Position numbers and translations under genes: made by a program. Below, in pieces: positions 7,551 through 16,832 of a stretch of DNA of 41,186 nt. The stretch comes from a virus (lineage: Duplodnaviria > Caudoviricetes), in the IMG/VR virus record IMGVR_UViG_3300010361_000020, positions 1 to 41,186 of that record. One strand, given 5' to 3'. Numbering within the stretch: position 1 is the stretch's first letter; every line of letters starts with the position of its first letter. The notes beneath the pieces are model-generated. The model made no database searches, was not told where the DNA came from, and was given only the letters and a program-made list of their open reading frames with translations.

Positions 7551-9374
7551 TCAGGATTGGTGCTGGGCGAGCCACTCGATGACTCGGGTCACGCGGCCGA
7601 GCGCCTGCCGCGGGAGCGCCTGCTCCGAGAACTGGTTCAGGTACACGGTCGCCACGGCGTCACCCTCCTTCACGTCCCACCCGATCACCTGCTGCTTCGC
7701 GTGATTCAGGCGCAGCGACGGGAGGTGCGCCTGGATGGAGTCGTAGAGCTTGAACGTCACGCCGGGCTCCACGTCGGCCGAGCGGTAGAACGCGATCTGG
7801 AGGGCGGTCAGCGGGTTGCTCTTGCGAGCGGCGACCGCCATGGCGTTGGCGAACTGGAGGGCGGACCCGGGCGCGCCGACGTCGGCCACGGTGTCGGTAA
7901 GAACGAGGTCGCCGACGTTCGCGAGGGTGCCACTGGGCCACTCGATCGTGCCTCCGCTGGCGTCGCCGGGGACCGCGGAGTACCGCGTTACCGTGGCGAA
8001 CTGGTCGGCTAGCGCCCTCAGCGCTGTGCCCTGCGCGACGACGTTCTCGCCCTCCACCAGGCGCACCACGGCGCTCAGGTCGGTGCCCAGGTTGCCGTAC
8101 GTGAGCGAGTCCGCCCTGGGGCCGCGGCCGGGCGTGACCAGCACCTCGAAGCCGTCGAGGCTCATGGCGAGCTCCAGCAGGTCGAGATGGGTCTGGCTCT
8201 GGCCGGTGATGATCGGGACCACGGCGGTCCCGGTAGTCACGCTGGTGACCTGGAAGCGGTTGGTCCCGAACGTGCCCGGCGTCCCGTACTGGCCGGTGCG
8301 GGCCTCGAAGCGCAGGCGGGTCGCGTACTGCGTGTTGGTGCCCGGCTCGCTGAAGCGGATCCCGATCACGCCCGAGGTGTGGGCCAGGGTCGCGGTCGCG
8401 AAGCTGAGGCCGGTGTCCTTGCCGTTCAGGAAGACGTGGAAGTTGTAGCCGGTCGCCCCGTTGTTGCTGAGCGTCACGCTGAGCTGGAATGGCAGCGTGG
8501 GCGACAGGATGTTGGCGAACGGGGTGGCCGTGCTCCCGAGCTGGGAGAAGACACCGCCCGCGACCGTCCACAGTGACACCGTGACGTTCCAGCCCGCGGC
8601 CGCCGAGCCCTGGTACACCATCTCGACCTCGGCGAAGTAGGCGTTGTTGCCGCCCGCGTCGCTCAGCCAGAAGATGCCGCAGGATCCTGCGTGGGTGACG
8701 TTGGTGTCGGCGTTGAGGACGCCCCAGAGCGTGATCGCCGAGGCATAGGAGCTGGAGGGGTGAGTCGGCAGGTTGTACTGCTGGCCGGCGTTCCAGCTGG
8801 TCGACCCCATGGCGATCCCCGAGCCGGCGCAGGAGACGCCGGGCAGGCCGAACTGAGGATCGGAGGTGACGCTGGTGACCGGGGCCAGGAAGGTCAGCGT
8901 GTTGCACCAGTTGTCGAACACGACCTCGCGCGTGGCGCCGAACAGGTTCACGAGGTCGCTGCCGTGGCCGCCGGGCCCGAGCTGCTCGCCCAGGAACACC
9001 TGCGACTGCTGGAGCCACCACAGCGAGTCGAACCCGCGGATCACCCAGGGCTGGTCGAGCGGCTTGTCGATCTTCGTGATGACGCCCGATCGGTAGGGCG
9101 CGACGCCTCCAGTGCTGCCGATGTACGTCTCGATCCGCTGGCCCTCGGCCAGCTTGTCGTACAGCGCCTCGGCGGCCCAGGCCTCCTGGGCGGCCGGCGC
9201 GTGCAGGGGAATCTCGAACTCGCCCAGCGTGGCGCTGCCGATCAGGCCCGGCTGGAGACCGCGCACCTTCCAGAGCGTCTGGCCGAGGTGGGGGAGGTTG
9301 CCGACCACCTCGGCGCCGCTGTTGGGGTCGACCACGCGATGGGCGAACTCACTCAGCAGCGGGTTGCCGGGCAT
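7551..9374 (-). CDS. Minor tail protein (hub/Tal-like with inserted beta-sandwich), 607 aa
   Basis: Second gene after the tape measure; Gly/Thr-rich beta content; TGATG coupling at 9374. Confidence 0.7.
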   Translation of the reverse strand: MPGNPLLSEFAHRVVDPNSGAEVVGNLPHLGQTLWKVRGLQPGLIGSATLGEFEIPLHAPAAQEAWAAEALYDKLAEGQRIETYIGSTGGVAPYRSGVITKIDKPLDQPWVIRGFDSLWWLQQSQVFLGEQLGPGGHGSDLVNLFGATREVVFDNWCNTLTFLAPVTSVTSDPQFGLPGVSCAGSGIAMGSTSWNAGQQYNLPTHPSSSYASAITLWGVLNADTNVTHAGSCGIFWLSDAGGNNAYFAEVEMVYQGSAAAGWNVTVSLWTVAGGVFSQLGSTATPFANILSPTLPFQLSVTLSNNGATGYNFHVFLNGKDTGLSFATATLAHTSGVIGIRFSEPGTNTQYATRLRFEARTGQYGTPGTFGTNRFQVTSVTTGTAVVPIITGQSQTHLDLLELAMSLDGFEVLVTPGRGPRADSLTYGNLGTDLSAVVRLVEGENVVAQGTALRALADQFATVTRYSAVPGDASGGTIEWPSGTLANVGDLVLTDTVADVGAPGSALQFANAMAVAARKSNPLTALQIAFYRSADVEPGVTFKLYDSIQAHLPSLRLNHAKQQVIGWDVKEGDAVATVYLNQFSEQALPRQALGRVTRVIEWLAQHQS

Positions 9375-11353
9375 CAGCCGACCACGGGCCGGGCCCGAAC
9401 CTCGAAGGCCCACTGCGCCCAGAGGTCACCCGGAAAGTCGGGATGAATGGCCGCGCTGCCGATGCCGTTCGCGTGGGGCAGGACGACGGCCTCGTCGATG
9501 AACCAATCGGTGCCCAGGGCGAGCGCGGTCACCGCTCGCCAGCGCACCTGGTGGCCGGCCGTCGGCAACACGCCGGCCGCGTTCGTCACGCGCAGCCACC
9601 CGTAGCCGGTGGCCGCCTGATTGGCCGCGAACGTCCCCGAGCCCGCCGCCACGAAGGCGCCGGCGGTCGCGTCCCACAGGCCCAACGTCATCTCCGCGGC
9701 CGAGCCCGCCGCGCTCGTGACCCGGACGCGGAACCAGGCGTCATAGACGCCCGGCGCGGGCACGAACGCGGTCCCGAACAGGTCGGCGTTGCCCGCCGCC
9801 GTGCCGCTGGCGGCCTTGGCGGTGTTGCCGCCGCTGGCGGCGGCGTCGGCTACCGACGACCAGCCCGTGCCCAGCGTGCCGCCCTCGCCCTCGCCCTGCA
9901 GCTTCTCGCTGCTGGCGCCGTTGCTGCCGTACGGGACCGCGAAGATCCCGTAGGTGCGGTAGGCGTTCAGCGCCGGTCCGCTGGGGTCCCCGAGGCCGAT
10001 GTTTGCCACGCCGTTCCCGACCGGCTGCCCGGTTGACGGGCCGTTCTGGTAGACGAAGCCATAGATCGGCCCGTTGGCCTGGGTGCCGAACGCGGCGCCG
10101 TAGCCCAGGGTGGAGCTCGTCGTGACCACGCCGCCGGAGGTTGTCGAGAGGTCCTGGACGCCGGAGTCGTCGAAGATGATCTTCGCGGAGTTCGCCAGGT
10201 TCAGGAGCAACGCCAGGTTCGAAGTGACGCTCTGGGTCAGCGGCGTGAACTCGACCGTCGCCGCGTACGAGCCAGCCGCCAGCCTGAAGCGCAGCTGCGC
10301 GTAGTTGGCGTTCGCCGTCGAGAGCAGGACCCGCCACTGCGACCAGAGCAGCCCGACGCGCTCCAGCGTGACCTCGCGCAGCGTGCCGCCCGAGACGGCG
10401 TTGTCGAAATAGTTGAGGTCGAACACCTGCGCCCAGGCCGGCGGCGACAGGCTCGTGTTCCACACGTACAGCCGGGGCGCGCCCGTCTGGCCGACCGAGA
10501 AGAGCAGGAGCAGCAGGCCGTTGGTGACGATGCAATCGCCCTGGAAGTCGTGCTTGCGCCCGTAGACCTGGACCCAGGACGAGTTGAACGCCGTCCCGTT
10601 GGTGGGCACCGCGTTGCCGCCGACGGCCATGGTGTCGAAGACGCGGACCCCGCCGGTGAACAGTGCCGCCACGGTGCCCGGGCGGACGAACCGGACGGGC
10701 TGGATCGTCGGCAGCGCGCCGGCTGCGGCCGGCTGGAGGGCGACCACCGGGACGGAGCCCTCGGCGCCGGCGCGAGTCCACGAGCTGCCCGGGCCCTGGC
10801 TGGGCAGGGTCGCGCCGATCGGGAGGCCGAGCAGCGGGGTCGGCCCATTCGAGTAGATCGAGTCGCCTGAGAACGTCGAGGCGAGTGCCGTCCCGCGATA
10901 GCCGAGCGCCATCGCCGCGGGCGAAGCGGGCGCGACCTGCGCGACCGAGACCGGCACCGTCACCACGCCGCCGGTGACCACGTACCGCCGATATGGCGGC
11001 TGGGCTAGGGTCACGATGTACCAGCCGTCGTGCGCCTCGGCGACGTTCAGCGGGGCGCTCGGGAAAGCGGTGCTCGACCAGCCGATGTACAGCGGCTGCA
11101 TGTCGGCGTTCCCGGCCAGCTCCTCGAGCTGCCTCAGCAGCAGGAGCAGGGAGGCCCGGGTCATGGCCGGGTTGCCGCCGAGGCCTTGCCACGGAGCCAC
11201 GTACAGGTCGACGGGCTGCTCTTCGAGGGTCCGGCCTCGCGCCCACGGGACTGCCTCCAGGCCCTCCACCTGGGCCTGGCCGAGCACCTGACCGACGCGG
11301 GTCCGGAGCCAGGAGTGCGAGGGCCCGAAGTCGAGATCGTTGAGCTGCGTCAC
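9374..11353 (-). CDS. Minor tail protein (distal-tail position) with C-terminal carbohydrate-binding-module-like domain, 659 aa
   Basis: GTG at 11353 overlaps the TMP stop. C-terminal EGEGGTLGTGW..ADAAASGG...PGVYDAWFRVR...WFIDEAVV is a CBM-like pattern. Confidence 0.72.
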   Translation of the reverse strand: MTQLNDLDFGPSHSWLRTRVGQVLGQAQVEGLEAVPWARGRTLEEQPVDLYVAPWQGLGGNPAMTRASLLLLLRQLEELAGNADMQPLYIGWSSTAFPSAPLNVAEAHDGWYIVTLAQPPYRRYVVTGGVVTVPVSVAQVAPASPAAMALGYRGTALASTFSGDSIYSNGPTPLLGLPIGATLPSQGPGSSWTRAGAEGSVPVVALQPAAAGALPTIQPVRFVRPGTVAALFTGGVRVFDTMAVGGNAVPTNGTAFNSSWVQVYGRKHDFQGDCIVTNGLLLLLFSVGQTGAPRLYVWNTSLSPPAWAQVFDLNYFDNAVSGGTLREVTLERVGLLWSQWRVLLSTANANYAQLRFRLAAGSYAATVEFTPLTQSVTSNLALLLNLANSAKIIFDDSGVQDLSTTSGGVVTTSSTLGYGAAFGTQANGPIYGFVYQNGPSTGQPVGNGVANIGLGDPSGPALNAYRTYGIFAVPYGSNGASSEKLQGEGEGGTLGTGWSSVADAAASGGNTAKAASGTAAGNADLFGTAFVPAPGVYDAWFRVRVTSAAGSAAEMTLGLWDATAGAFVAAGSGTFAANQAATGYGWLRVTNAAGVLPTAGHQVRWRAVTALALGTDWFIDEAVVLPHANGIGSAAIHPDFPGDLWAQWAFEVRARPVVG

Positions 11354-12831
11354 GGGCCGGTCATCAGGCCCGCCAGCACCGCCTGCGCGGTCGACGCCGG
11401 GTCGGCTGCCTGGATGTTGAAGATGTTCGTGACGGAGGGCGCCATGCTGTTGACCGTGCCGCCGCCCCCGCCGCCGGCCGGGACGGGCACACCGGATTCG
11501 CCCGCAACGCCGCCGGCCATCTGCGCCGTACGGCCGCGGACCACCTGGGACTGGCCCGGGCCCGCCGACAGCGCGCTCCATGCCGCCTGCGCCGCCGAGG
11601 GGATGTCGTTGAGCAGCTCCAGGATGCCCTCCAAGGTCGACAGGATCACGAGCCACGCGTAGTTGACGGCCGGGCCGGTGCCGGACGCGAAGGTGTCCCA
11701 CTGGTGGCTGAGCTCGTGCTGGGCCTGCGCCTGCTGGTCCATCGAGTTGCGCGCGCCGTCCAGCTTCGTCCTGGACTCGTCGAGCACCTGGTTGCCGAGC
11801 TGGACCGAGCCGTTGACCCTGTCCTGCGCAGTGGCGACATCCTGCTGCGCCTTGGTGAGCTTGCCGCTGGCGTCGCTCACCTGCTGCTGGGCGTCGGCCA
11901 CGCGCTGCTCGGCCTGGTGCAGGGTGTCGGCCTGGGCCGCGGTCACCTTGTGCGAGGCTGCCAGCGTGTCCTGTGTCTTCTTCAGGTTCTCGGCGGCGGT
12001 CTCCTCGCGCTTCTGGGCGGCGGCGAGCTGGTCCTGTGCCGTAGCTACGGCCTTGGTCGCCGTCTCGTAGTCCTTGTGCGCGGCGGTCGCGCTCTCGTCG
12101 TCGGACGAGAGTGCCTTGATGTCGATGCCGAGCTGCTTGGCGACGCGGCCCTGCCCCTCCATCATCTGGAGCATCTGGCCTGCGGCCGTCTTGAAGTCTT
12201 CCTGCTTGGCCCCGGCGAGGTCCAAGGACACGCCCATGGCATCCATCGCCTCGGGGGTGTCGAAGCCCGCCCGGATGAAGGCGGCGAGGGCATCCTTGGC
12301 GTCGTTCTCGTTGTCGATGAACCGGGCGTTCTGGCCCACGAACTCCTCGAAGCGCTTGTTGACGTCTTCGAGGGCCGCCGCCTGGTCCCCGTACGTCGGC
12401 ACCGTCGCGTCGACCGCCTGCTTCAGGTTCGCGGCGGCGTGCTGCTGCTCCTGGTAGGTCTCGTTGACCTTGTCCACGCCCTCGACCACGGCGCCGAGGC
12501 CGAGGAGTAGACCACCCGTCAGGGTGCCGCCCAGGCCGCCAGCCGCCGTGGTGAGTGCGGTGAAGCGCTCGAACAGCTCGCCGCCCTTGGCCCCCAGCTC
12601 GCCCATCGCCTTCGCCGACTCGCGCGACTCGGCGGTGATGAGGTGCTCCTCTGCGGCGGCCGCATGCGTCGCCTTGGCGTGCTCGTTGAGCGTGACGTTG
12701 GCGGCTGCCGTCTTCGTCTTGACCTCGTCGACCTGGGCGCCGACGTCTTTCACTACCTGCGTCGCGTTCTGGACCTGCTCGAGGTTCTCGGCCTCTGCCT
12801 TGACGATGATGTCCAGCTCTTTCTCGGGCAT
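11350..12831 (-). CDS. Tape measure protein (short, 493 aa)
   Basis: Ala/Gln-rich coiled coil, EGQGRVAKQLGI motif, located directly after the frameshifted chaperone. Confidence 0.85.
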   Translation of the reverse strand: MPEKELDIIVKAEAENLEQVQNATQVVKDVGAQVDEVKTKTAAANVTLNEHAKATHAAAAEEHLITAESRESAKAMGELGAKGGELFERFTALTTAAGGLGGTLTGGLLLGLGAVVEGVDKVNETYQEQQHAAANLKQAVDATVPTYGDQAAALEDVNKRFEEFVGQNARFIDNENDAKDALAAFIRAGFDTPEAMDAMGVSLDLAGAKQEDFKTAAGQMLQMMEGQGRVAKQLGIDIKALSSDDESATAAHKDYETATKAVATAQDQLAAAQKREETAAENLKKTQDTLAASHKVTAAQADTLHQAEQRVADAQQQVSDASGKLTKAQQDVATAQDRVNGSVQLGNQVLDESRTKLDGARNSMDQQAQAQHELSHQWDTFASGTGPAVNYAWLVILSTLEGILELLNDIPSAAQAAWSALSAGPGQSQVVRGRTAQMAGGVAGESGVPVPAGGGGGGTVNSMAPSVTNIFNIQAADPASTAQAVLAGLMTGP

Positions 12832-12834
12832 CGG

Positions 12835-13349
12835 CTACCTCGGGGTCGCGGTCCGGTACTGCTGGAGCAGGCGCAGGCCGTGCAGGATATGGCGCGGCTG
12901 ATCGAGGATCGCCGCGCCGTAGGTGCGCGCGAGCCAGTCGATGTCCAGGATCTCCAGCGCGTCGGCGTTGTCTATGTCGTGGCCGTCGAGGGCTGCGGAG
13001 AGGGCATATCGAAAGGGCCCTCCTCCTCCTCCGTGCGCCCGGCGAAGCGGCGCTGTGCCTCGTCATCGATCCAGGTGGCGACCTGACGCGGGAGGTGCTC
13101 CAGGGTCTCGGTGGTCAGCGGCAGCACCTCGCCCGAGCGGTCCTGCAGGGTCCAGCCCTCGACCATCAGCAGCGTCCGGAAGGCCCGGAAGGCGTGCGCA
13201 CGGTCCGCGTCGTCCTCGGCCTGGCGCTCGCGAGCCCAGCGGGCGATCAGCCGGTCGTCCTGCCAGGTGGCGAAGGGCCGGAAGGTGACGGTGGCGCTGC
13301 GGCCGGGGACCTGGAGGGTGTTGGGGTCGACGTGGCCGTTCTGGCTCAT
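12835..13349 (-). CDS. Tail assembly chaperone long form (gpGT-like) via programmed -1 frameshift at 13011-13017
   Basis: The -1 frame after CCCTTTC is open for 58 codons (RYALSAALDGHDIDNADALEILDIDWLARTYG...TATPR) and stops 3 nt before the TMP ATG. Confidence 0.8.
12972..13349 (-). CDS. Tail assembly chaperone (gpG-like)
   Basis: Lies between tail tube and TMP; in-frame slippery heptamer C CCT TTC near its 3' end. Confidence 0.8.
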   Translation of the reverse strand: MSQNGHVDPNTLQVPGRSATVTFRPFATWQDDRLIARWARERQAEDDADRAHAFRAFRTLLMVEGWTLQDRSGEVLPLTTETLEHLPRQVATWIDDEAQRRFAGRTEEEEGPFDMPSPQPSTATT

Positions 13350-14308
13350 CAGTAGCTGGCTGCCCTCCCGTTGACGAGGATCGCCTTCAGCGGCGAGTTG
13401 CCGGTGCCGGCGTCGGTGCTATTCGCCACGCCGGTGAAGCTGGACTTGAGCCGGTAGTACGGCGTGCCCGGGTCGAGCACCGTCGGGTCCGACCAGGCCG
13501 TCTTGGTCATCTGGAGGGTGAAGGTGTTGGTGCCGGAGGTGAACAGCAGCGACGCCGACGGCTGCGTGTTGTTGAGGTAGTAGTTCATCTCCGTCATGTC
13601 GGTCGGGTAGAACTCCAGCGTCCCCGACACGTCGAGCTGGTCGACGTTGGAGCCGTTCGCGTTCTGGCTGTTGGCGGCCCCGAACAGCAGCTCGACCGGG
13701 CGGGCCAGCTTGATCGTCCCGGTCAGGATCTTCGCGTTCGCCGAGCCGGCCAGGGTCAGGGCGCCCTGCCAGCCGAGGTAGATCTGCGCCGCCGAGTACG
13801 TGTTGGTGGGCTTGCTGACCGTGCCCTGGATGGTGCCCATGCCCTTCGGGTTGACCGTCAGCTTGCCCGGCGTCCCGGCCACGAACTTGAACGTCAGCTC
13901 GCTCCAGTACACGCCGCTCACCTGCTCGGCGGTCGCCACCAGGTTCGTGAAGCGCACGCCGGTGTACGACTTCGGGAACGCCGTGTTCAGCAAGGTGATG
14001 GCGTGCGTGAACGGGCCGCCGCCGGTCAGCGTGTCCACGCCGAGCATGCCCATCAGAAAGTGCCCGGAGTCGTCAGGGTAGAAGTTGAGGTCGCCCCAGT
14101 CGATCTCCGACCAGCCGACGCCCTGGTACCAGGCCTGGACCCGCGAGGCGTTGCCGCGGAAGCCATCGTCCTCGATCTTCTCGTAGCGCGGCTTGTGGAT
14201 GGACTGCGGCAGCATCGGGAAGAAGGTGGTCGCCGTTACGGGCGTGTTCCACGTCGTCTCCGGCCCGAGGCCGATGAACGATAGCCAGCGCGGGTCGGGG
14301 GTCGGCAT
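13349..14308 (-). CDS. Major tail tube protein
   Basis: SFIGLGPETTWNTPV N-terminal motif; 319 aa, beta-rich; synteny. Confidence 0.85.
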   Translation of the reverse strand: MPTPDPRWLSFIGLGPETTWNTPVTATTFFPMLPQSIHKPRYEKIEDDGFRGNASRVQAWYQGVGWSEIDWGDLNFYPDDSGHFLMGMLGVDTLTGGGPFTHAITLLNTAFPKSYTGVRFTNLVATAEQVSGVYWSELTFKFVAGTPGKLTVNPKGMGTIQGTVSKPTNTYSAAQIYLGWQGALTLAGSANAKILTGTIKLARPVELLFGAANSQNANGSNVDQLDVSGTLEFYPTDMTEMNYYLNNTQPSASLLFTSGTNTFTLQMTKTAWSDPTVLDPGTPYYRLKSSFTGVANSTDAGTGNSPLKAILVNGRAASY

Positions 14309-14314
14309 CGGCGG

Positions 14315-14707
14315 CTACTCCTTCGCCTTGGTCTGCTTCGTGGCCGGCGGCAACGCGGCGGCCGTGTCCTGGAGCGGCTTCAGACCGCGGATCCGCGCCT
14401 CCTCCTCGGTCGGCGCCGGGGTCGGCGGCAGCGGCTCCAGGCCCAGCGCGGCGCGGTAGCCCGCCATCTCGGCCGCTTCCGTGGCCGGGTCGACCAGGCC
14501 CTGCCCGCTGGTCTCCTGCGCGTACCGCGCGGCGTGTTCGGCATTCGCTGCCTCGATCGCGGCCACATGCGCCTTCGCCTCGTCGTCGAGCGGCTCCAGC
14601 TCGGGGTGGAACAGGCCCGCGGGCGAGTCGAACTCCTGGCCGGGCTTGACGGTGATCCCGATCGGCGCGATCAGTGCCGGATTGGGGATGCGCGAGCGGT
14701 AGCGCAT
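14315..14707 (-). CDS. Hypothetical protein, 130 aa
   Basis: GGAGG RBS; ITVKPGQEFD motif seen in small phage neck/tail-region proteins. Confidence 0.7.
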   Translation of the reverse strand: MRYRSRIPNPALIAPIGITVKPGQEFDSPAGLFHPELEPLDDEAKAHVAAIEAANAEHAARYAQETSGQGLVDPATEAAEMAGYRAALGLEPLPPTPAPTEEEARIRGLKPLQDTAAALPPATKQTKAKE

Positions 14708-14745
14708 GGGCGGACCTCCGAGGTGGGGAGAGGTGCGGGCCCGCG

Positions 14746-15237
14746 TCAGGCGGGCGACAGGATCTCGCGGATCGGGAGGGTCAGGACGGCCTGGAATCCG
14801 ACGCGCGTCTCGGCCTCGTCGCTGACGAAGATGGTTGGCAGCAGCTCCACATCGATGCGCTCGCCGAAGTCGCCGAGGTAGCTGGTCTGGCCGATGATGG
14901 CGTCGACCAGCGTCGGGTTGCCGGTCGCGCTGCGGTACGCCTGGCAGGCCAGCTCGACCAGCGCGTCGAAGTGGTCGCCGCCGGCCTGGGCGTCGGTGTG
15001 CTCGGCGTACAGCAGCACCTCGGCCTGGTACTGGTTCTCCTTCTCGGCCAGGCCGCGGGGCATGGTCGCGCGGTCCTCAGTGCGCCGCACGCGCCCGACG
15101 ATGACGAACACATTGCCGCCGGCCTTGCCGCGCTTCGGGCGCTGCCTGAACGACTGGACGCTCTGCCAGATGGTCCCGCTGAGCGAGATCGTGGCGCCCT
15201 GGGCGGCCAGGTACGTCTTGACCGACAGCAGGCTCAC
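14746..15237 (-). CDS. Putative tail terminator, 163 aa
   Basis: Position and size; GTGA overlap. Confidence 0.6.
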   Translation of the reverse strand: MSLLSVKTYLAAQGATISLSGTIWQSVQSFRQRPKRGKAGGNVFVIVGRVRRTEDRATMPRGLAEKENQYQAEVLLYAEHTDAQAGGDHFDALVELACQAYRSATGNPTLVDAIIGQTSYLGDFGERIDVELLPTIFVSDEAETRVGFQAVLTLPIREILSPA

Positions 15238-15719
15238 GCGCCGGCCTCGATCCTGACGCCGTTCACGATGTCGTCGCCCACCCCGTTGAGCACCCGGTCG
15301 GCGGCTCCCTCGATCTCGTCCATGGCGCGGCCCACGAAGTCGTTGGGCTTCGTGCCGGGATGGTGGACGAACGCCACCGGGTGGGCGGCGCCGGGCCAGA
15401 AGAGAGCCTTCTTCGCGCTCGGGTAGATGTCGTGCGGGGCGGTGCCCTCGAGCACGAAGAGCACGTAGTTGGAGGCCGGGTCGTCCACGTAGAACCGCGC
15501 GTACGCCTCGTGGCCGCCGGTCGCCCCGAACGTCCGGTACTTGATGCCGCGTCGCAGGTCGCCCGTCTTGCCCACCGGCGCCTCGTCCTGCACCGCCCCC
15601 TTGGCGATCTTGGCGACCTCCTGGACGATCTTGCGCGAGGACTGCGACAGCGACCACTGCATGACCGTCAGGTGGTCCAGGACCTCGTTGATCCCCAGCA
15701 CCTCGATCGTGACCGGCAT
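15234..15719 (-). CDS. HK97 gp10-like neck/tail-completion protein
   Basis: APVGKTGDLRRGI...VLEGTAPH...HHPGTKPNDFVGRA. Confidence 0.85.
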   Translation of the reverse strand: MPVTIEVLGINEVLDHLTVMQWSLSQSSRKIVQEVAKIAKGAVQDEAPVGKTGDLRRGIKYRTFGATGGHEAYARFYVDDPASNYVLFVLEGTAPHDIYPSAKKALFWPGAAHPVAFVHHPGTKPNDFVGRAMDEIEGAADRVLNGVGDDIVNGVRIEAGA

Positions 15720-15721
15720 GG

Positions 15722-15925
15722 CTACCTCTTCGGATGCTGTGGGCGCTTCGCCTTGGCGTGGTGGTGCTGCGGGCCCGGCGGCTTGGGGTGGGGTTCCGCG
15801 TGGTGCGGGTGCGTGTGCGGGTGGGAGTGGCGCACGGGCTTCTCGCCGGGCTTGGTCGCCGGGTGGGTGTGATGGTGGCCGTGCGGCTTCTCGGCCCGCT
15901 TCTTCTTCGGCGGCGGGGGCGCCAT
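15722..15925 (-). CDS. His/Pro/Lys-rich low-complexity peptide, 67 aa
   Basis: Exactly fills the gap between two structural genes (1-2 nt spacers); 16 His, 17 Pro, 14 Lys+Arg. Confidence 0.7.
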   Translation of the reverse strand: MAPPPPKKKRAEKPHGHHHTHPATKPGEKPVRHSHPHTHPHHAEPHPKPPGPQHHHAKAKRPQHPKR

Positions 15926-15926
15926 G

Positions 15927-16829
15927 TCAGGAGCGGATCTTGAACTCGTCCCAGAGGTCGTGGGCTTCCTGCATGGCGTCCATCGGCTGGGCCGTGCTCC
16001 GCTTCTGACCGCCGCCCGAGCCGATGAACGTCACCGCATCCGAGCCGCGGAAGCGCGCGAAGTGCGTCGCGGCCCACGCGACGCCGAGCTTGATGTTGGG
16101 CGGGACCGCCGAGATGCCCACGTTGGCCGCGTGGTTGAACTGCAGCGTCGCGACCTGGACGTGGGTCCCGTCCGGGACCGTCGTGATCGTGACCGTCTCC
16201 GTGTTCGCGCCGTCGAAGATGGCCGCCGTGGCGCCGATGTTCTGCGGCTGCCCCGAGCCTGCCGGGGCGAAGCCGACCGAGGTGTCGACCGGGAGGCTGA
16301 CGTTCGGGCCGGCGGTGACGCTGTTCGTCAGGGTCGCGTTCGGCCAGCCGTTCGTGTAGGTCGCCTGGACCGCTCCCCCGAAGCGGAGGAACGTGTAGTC
16401 CATCGTGGTGTCGATGATGCGGCGCTTCCGCGTCCCCTCGCCGAACACGAGTACCTTGGTCGCGTCCAGCGCGTTGAACTGGAGGTCGCCGAAGCGCACG
16501 CCCGCCGGCCACGGCGCCCACTGGAGCGCGGTCACGGCGAGGATCGGGAAGAAGCTGGTCCTGAACACGAGGTAGCCGGTGTTCTCGACCCAGGCGTTCG
16601 TGTTGATGCCTCCGATGCGCCTCGTCTCGGTGTCCGAGGTGGCGTCGATCCTGGCGTCGACCGAGTTGAAGATGTACCTGCACGCCTCGTCGCTGGCCCG
16701 GTCGATCACGCGGAGCTGCTCGATCGCCTCCAGTGGCGAGCCGGCGTTCACGTTGTCGGCGACGTCGTTCCAGTCGAAGCCGGTCGGCGCCTCCAACAGC
16801 TCCTCGGGCGTGATGAGACGGGTCGCCAC
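15927..16829 (-). CDS. Head-tail adaptor/connector-like protein with inserted beta domain
   Basis: Helical N-terminus (LITPEEL...IDRASDEACRY), TYTNGW, VPPNIKLGV; synteny. Confidence 0.7.
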   Translation of the reverse strand: MATRLITPEELLEAPTGFDWNDVADNVNAGSPLEAIEQLRVIDRASDEACRYIFNSVDARIDATSDTETRRIGGINTNAWVENTGYLVFRTSFFPILAVTALQWAPWPAGVRFGDLQFNALDATKVLVFGEGTRKRRIIDTTMDYTFLRFGGAVQATYTNGWPNATLTNSVTAGPNVSLPVDTSVGFAPAGSGQPQNIGATAAIFDGANTETVTITTVPDGTHVQVATLQFNHAANVGISAVPPNIKLGVAWAATHFARFRGSDAVTFIGSGGGQKRSTAQPMDAMQEAHDLWDEFKIRS

Positions 16830-16832
16830 CGG

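Noticed and set aside
9374-13066. 1230-aa ORF from the track
   Set aside because: The first roughly 570 aa are an Arg/Gly-rich shadow frame over the tape measure gene. The real gene starts at GTG 11353.
15896-15916. SV40-like nuclear localisation signal PPKKKR
   Set aside because: Expected by chance in a Pro/Lys-rich peptide; there is no eukaryotic context.
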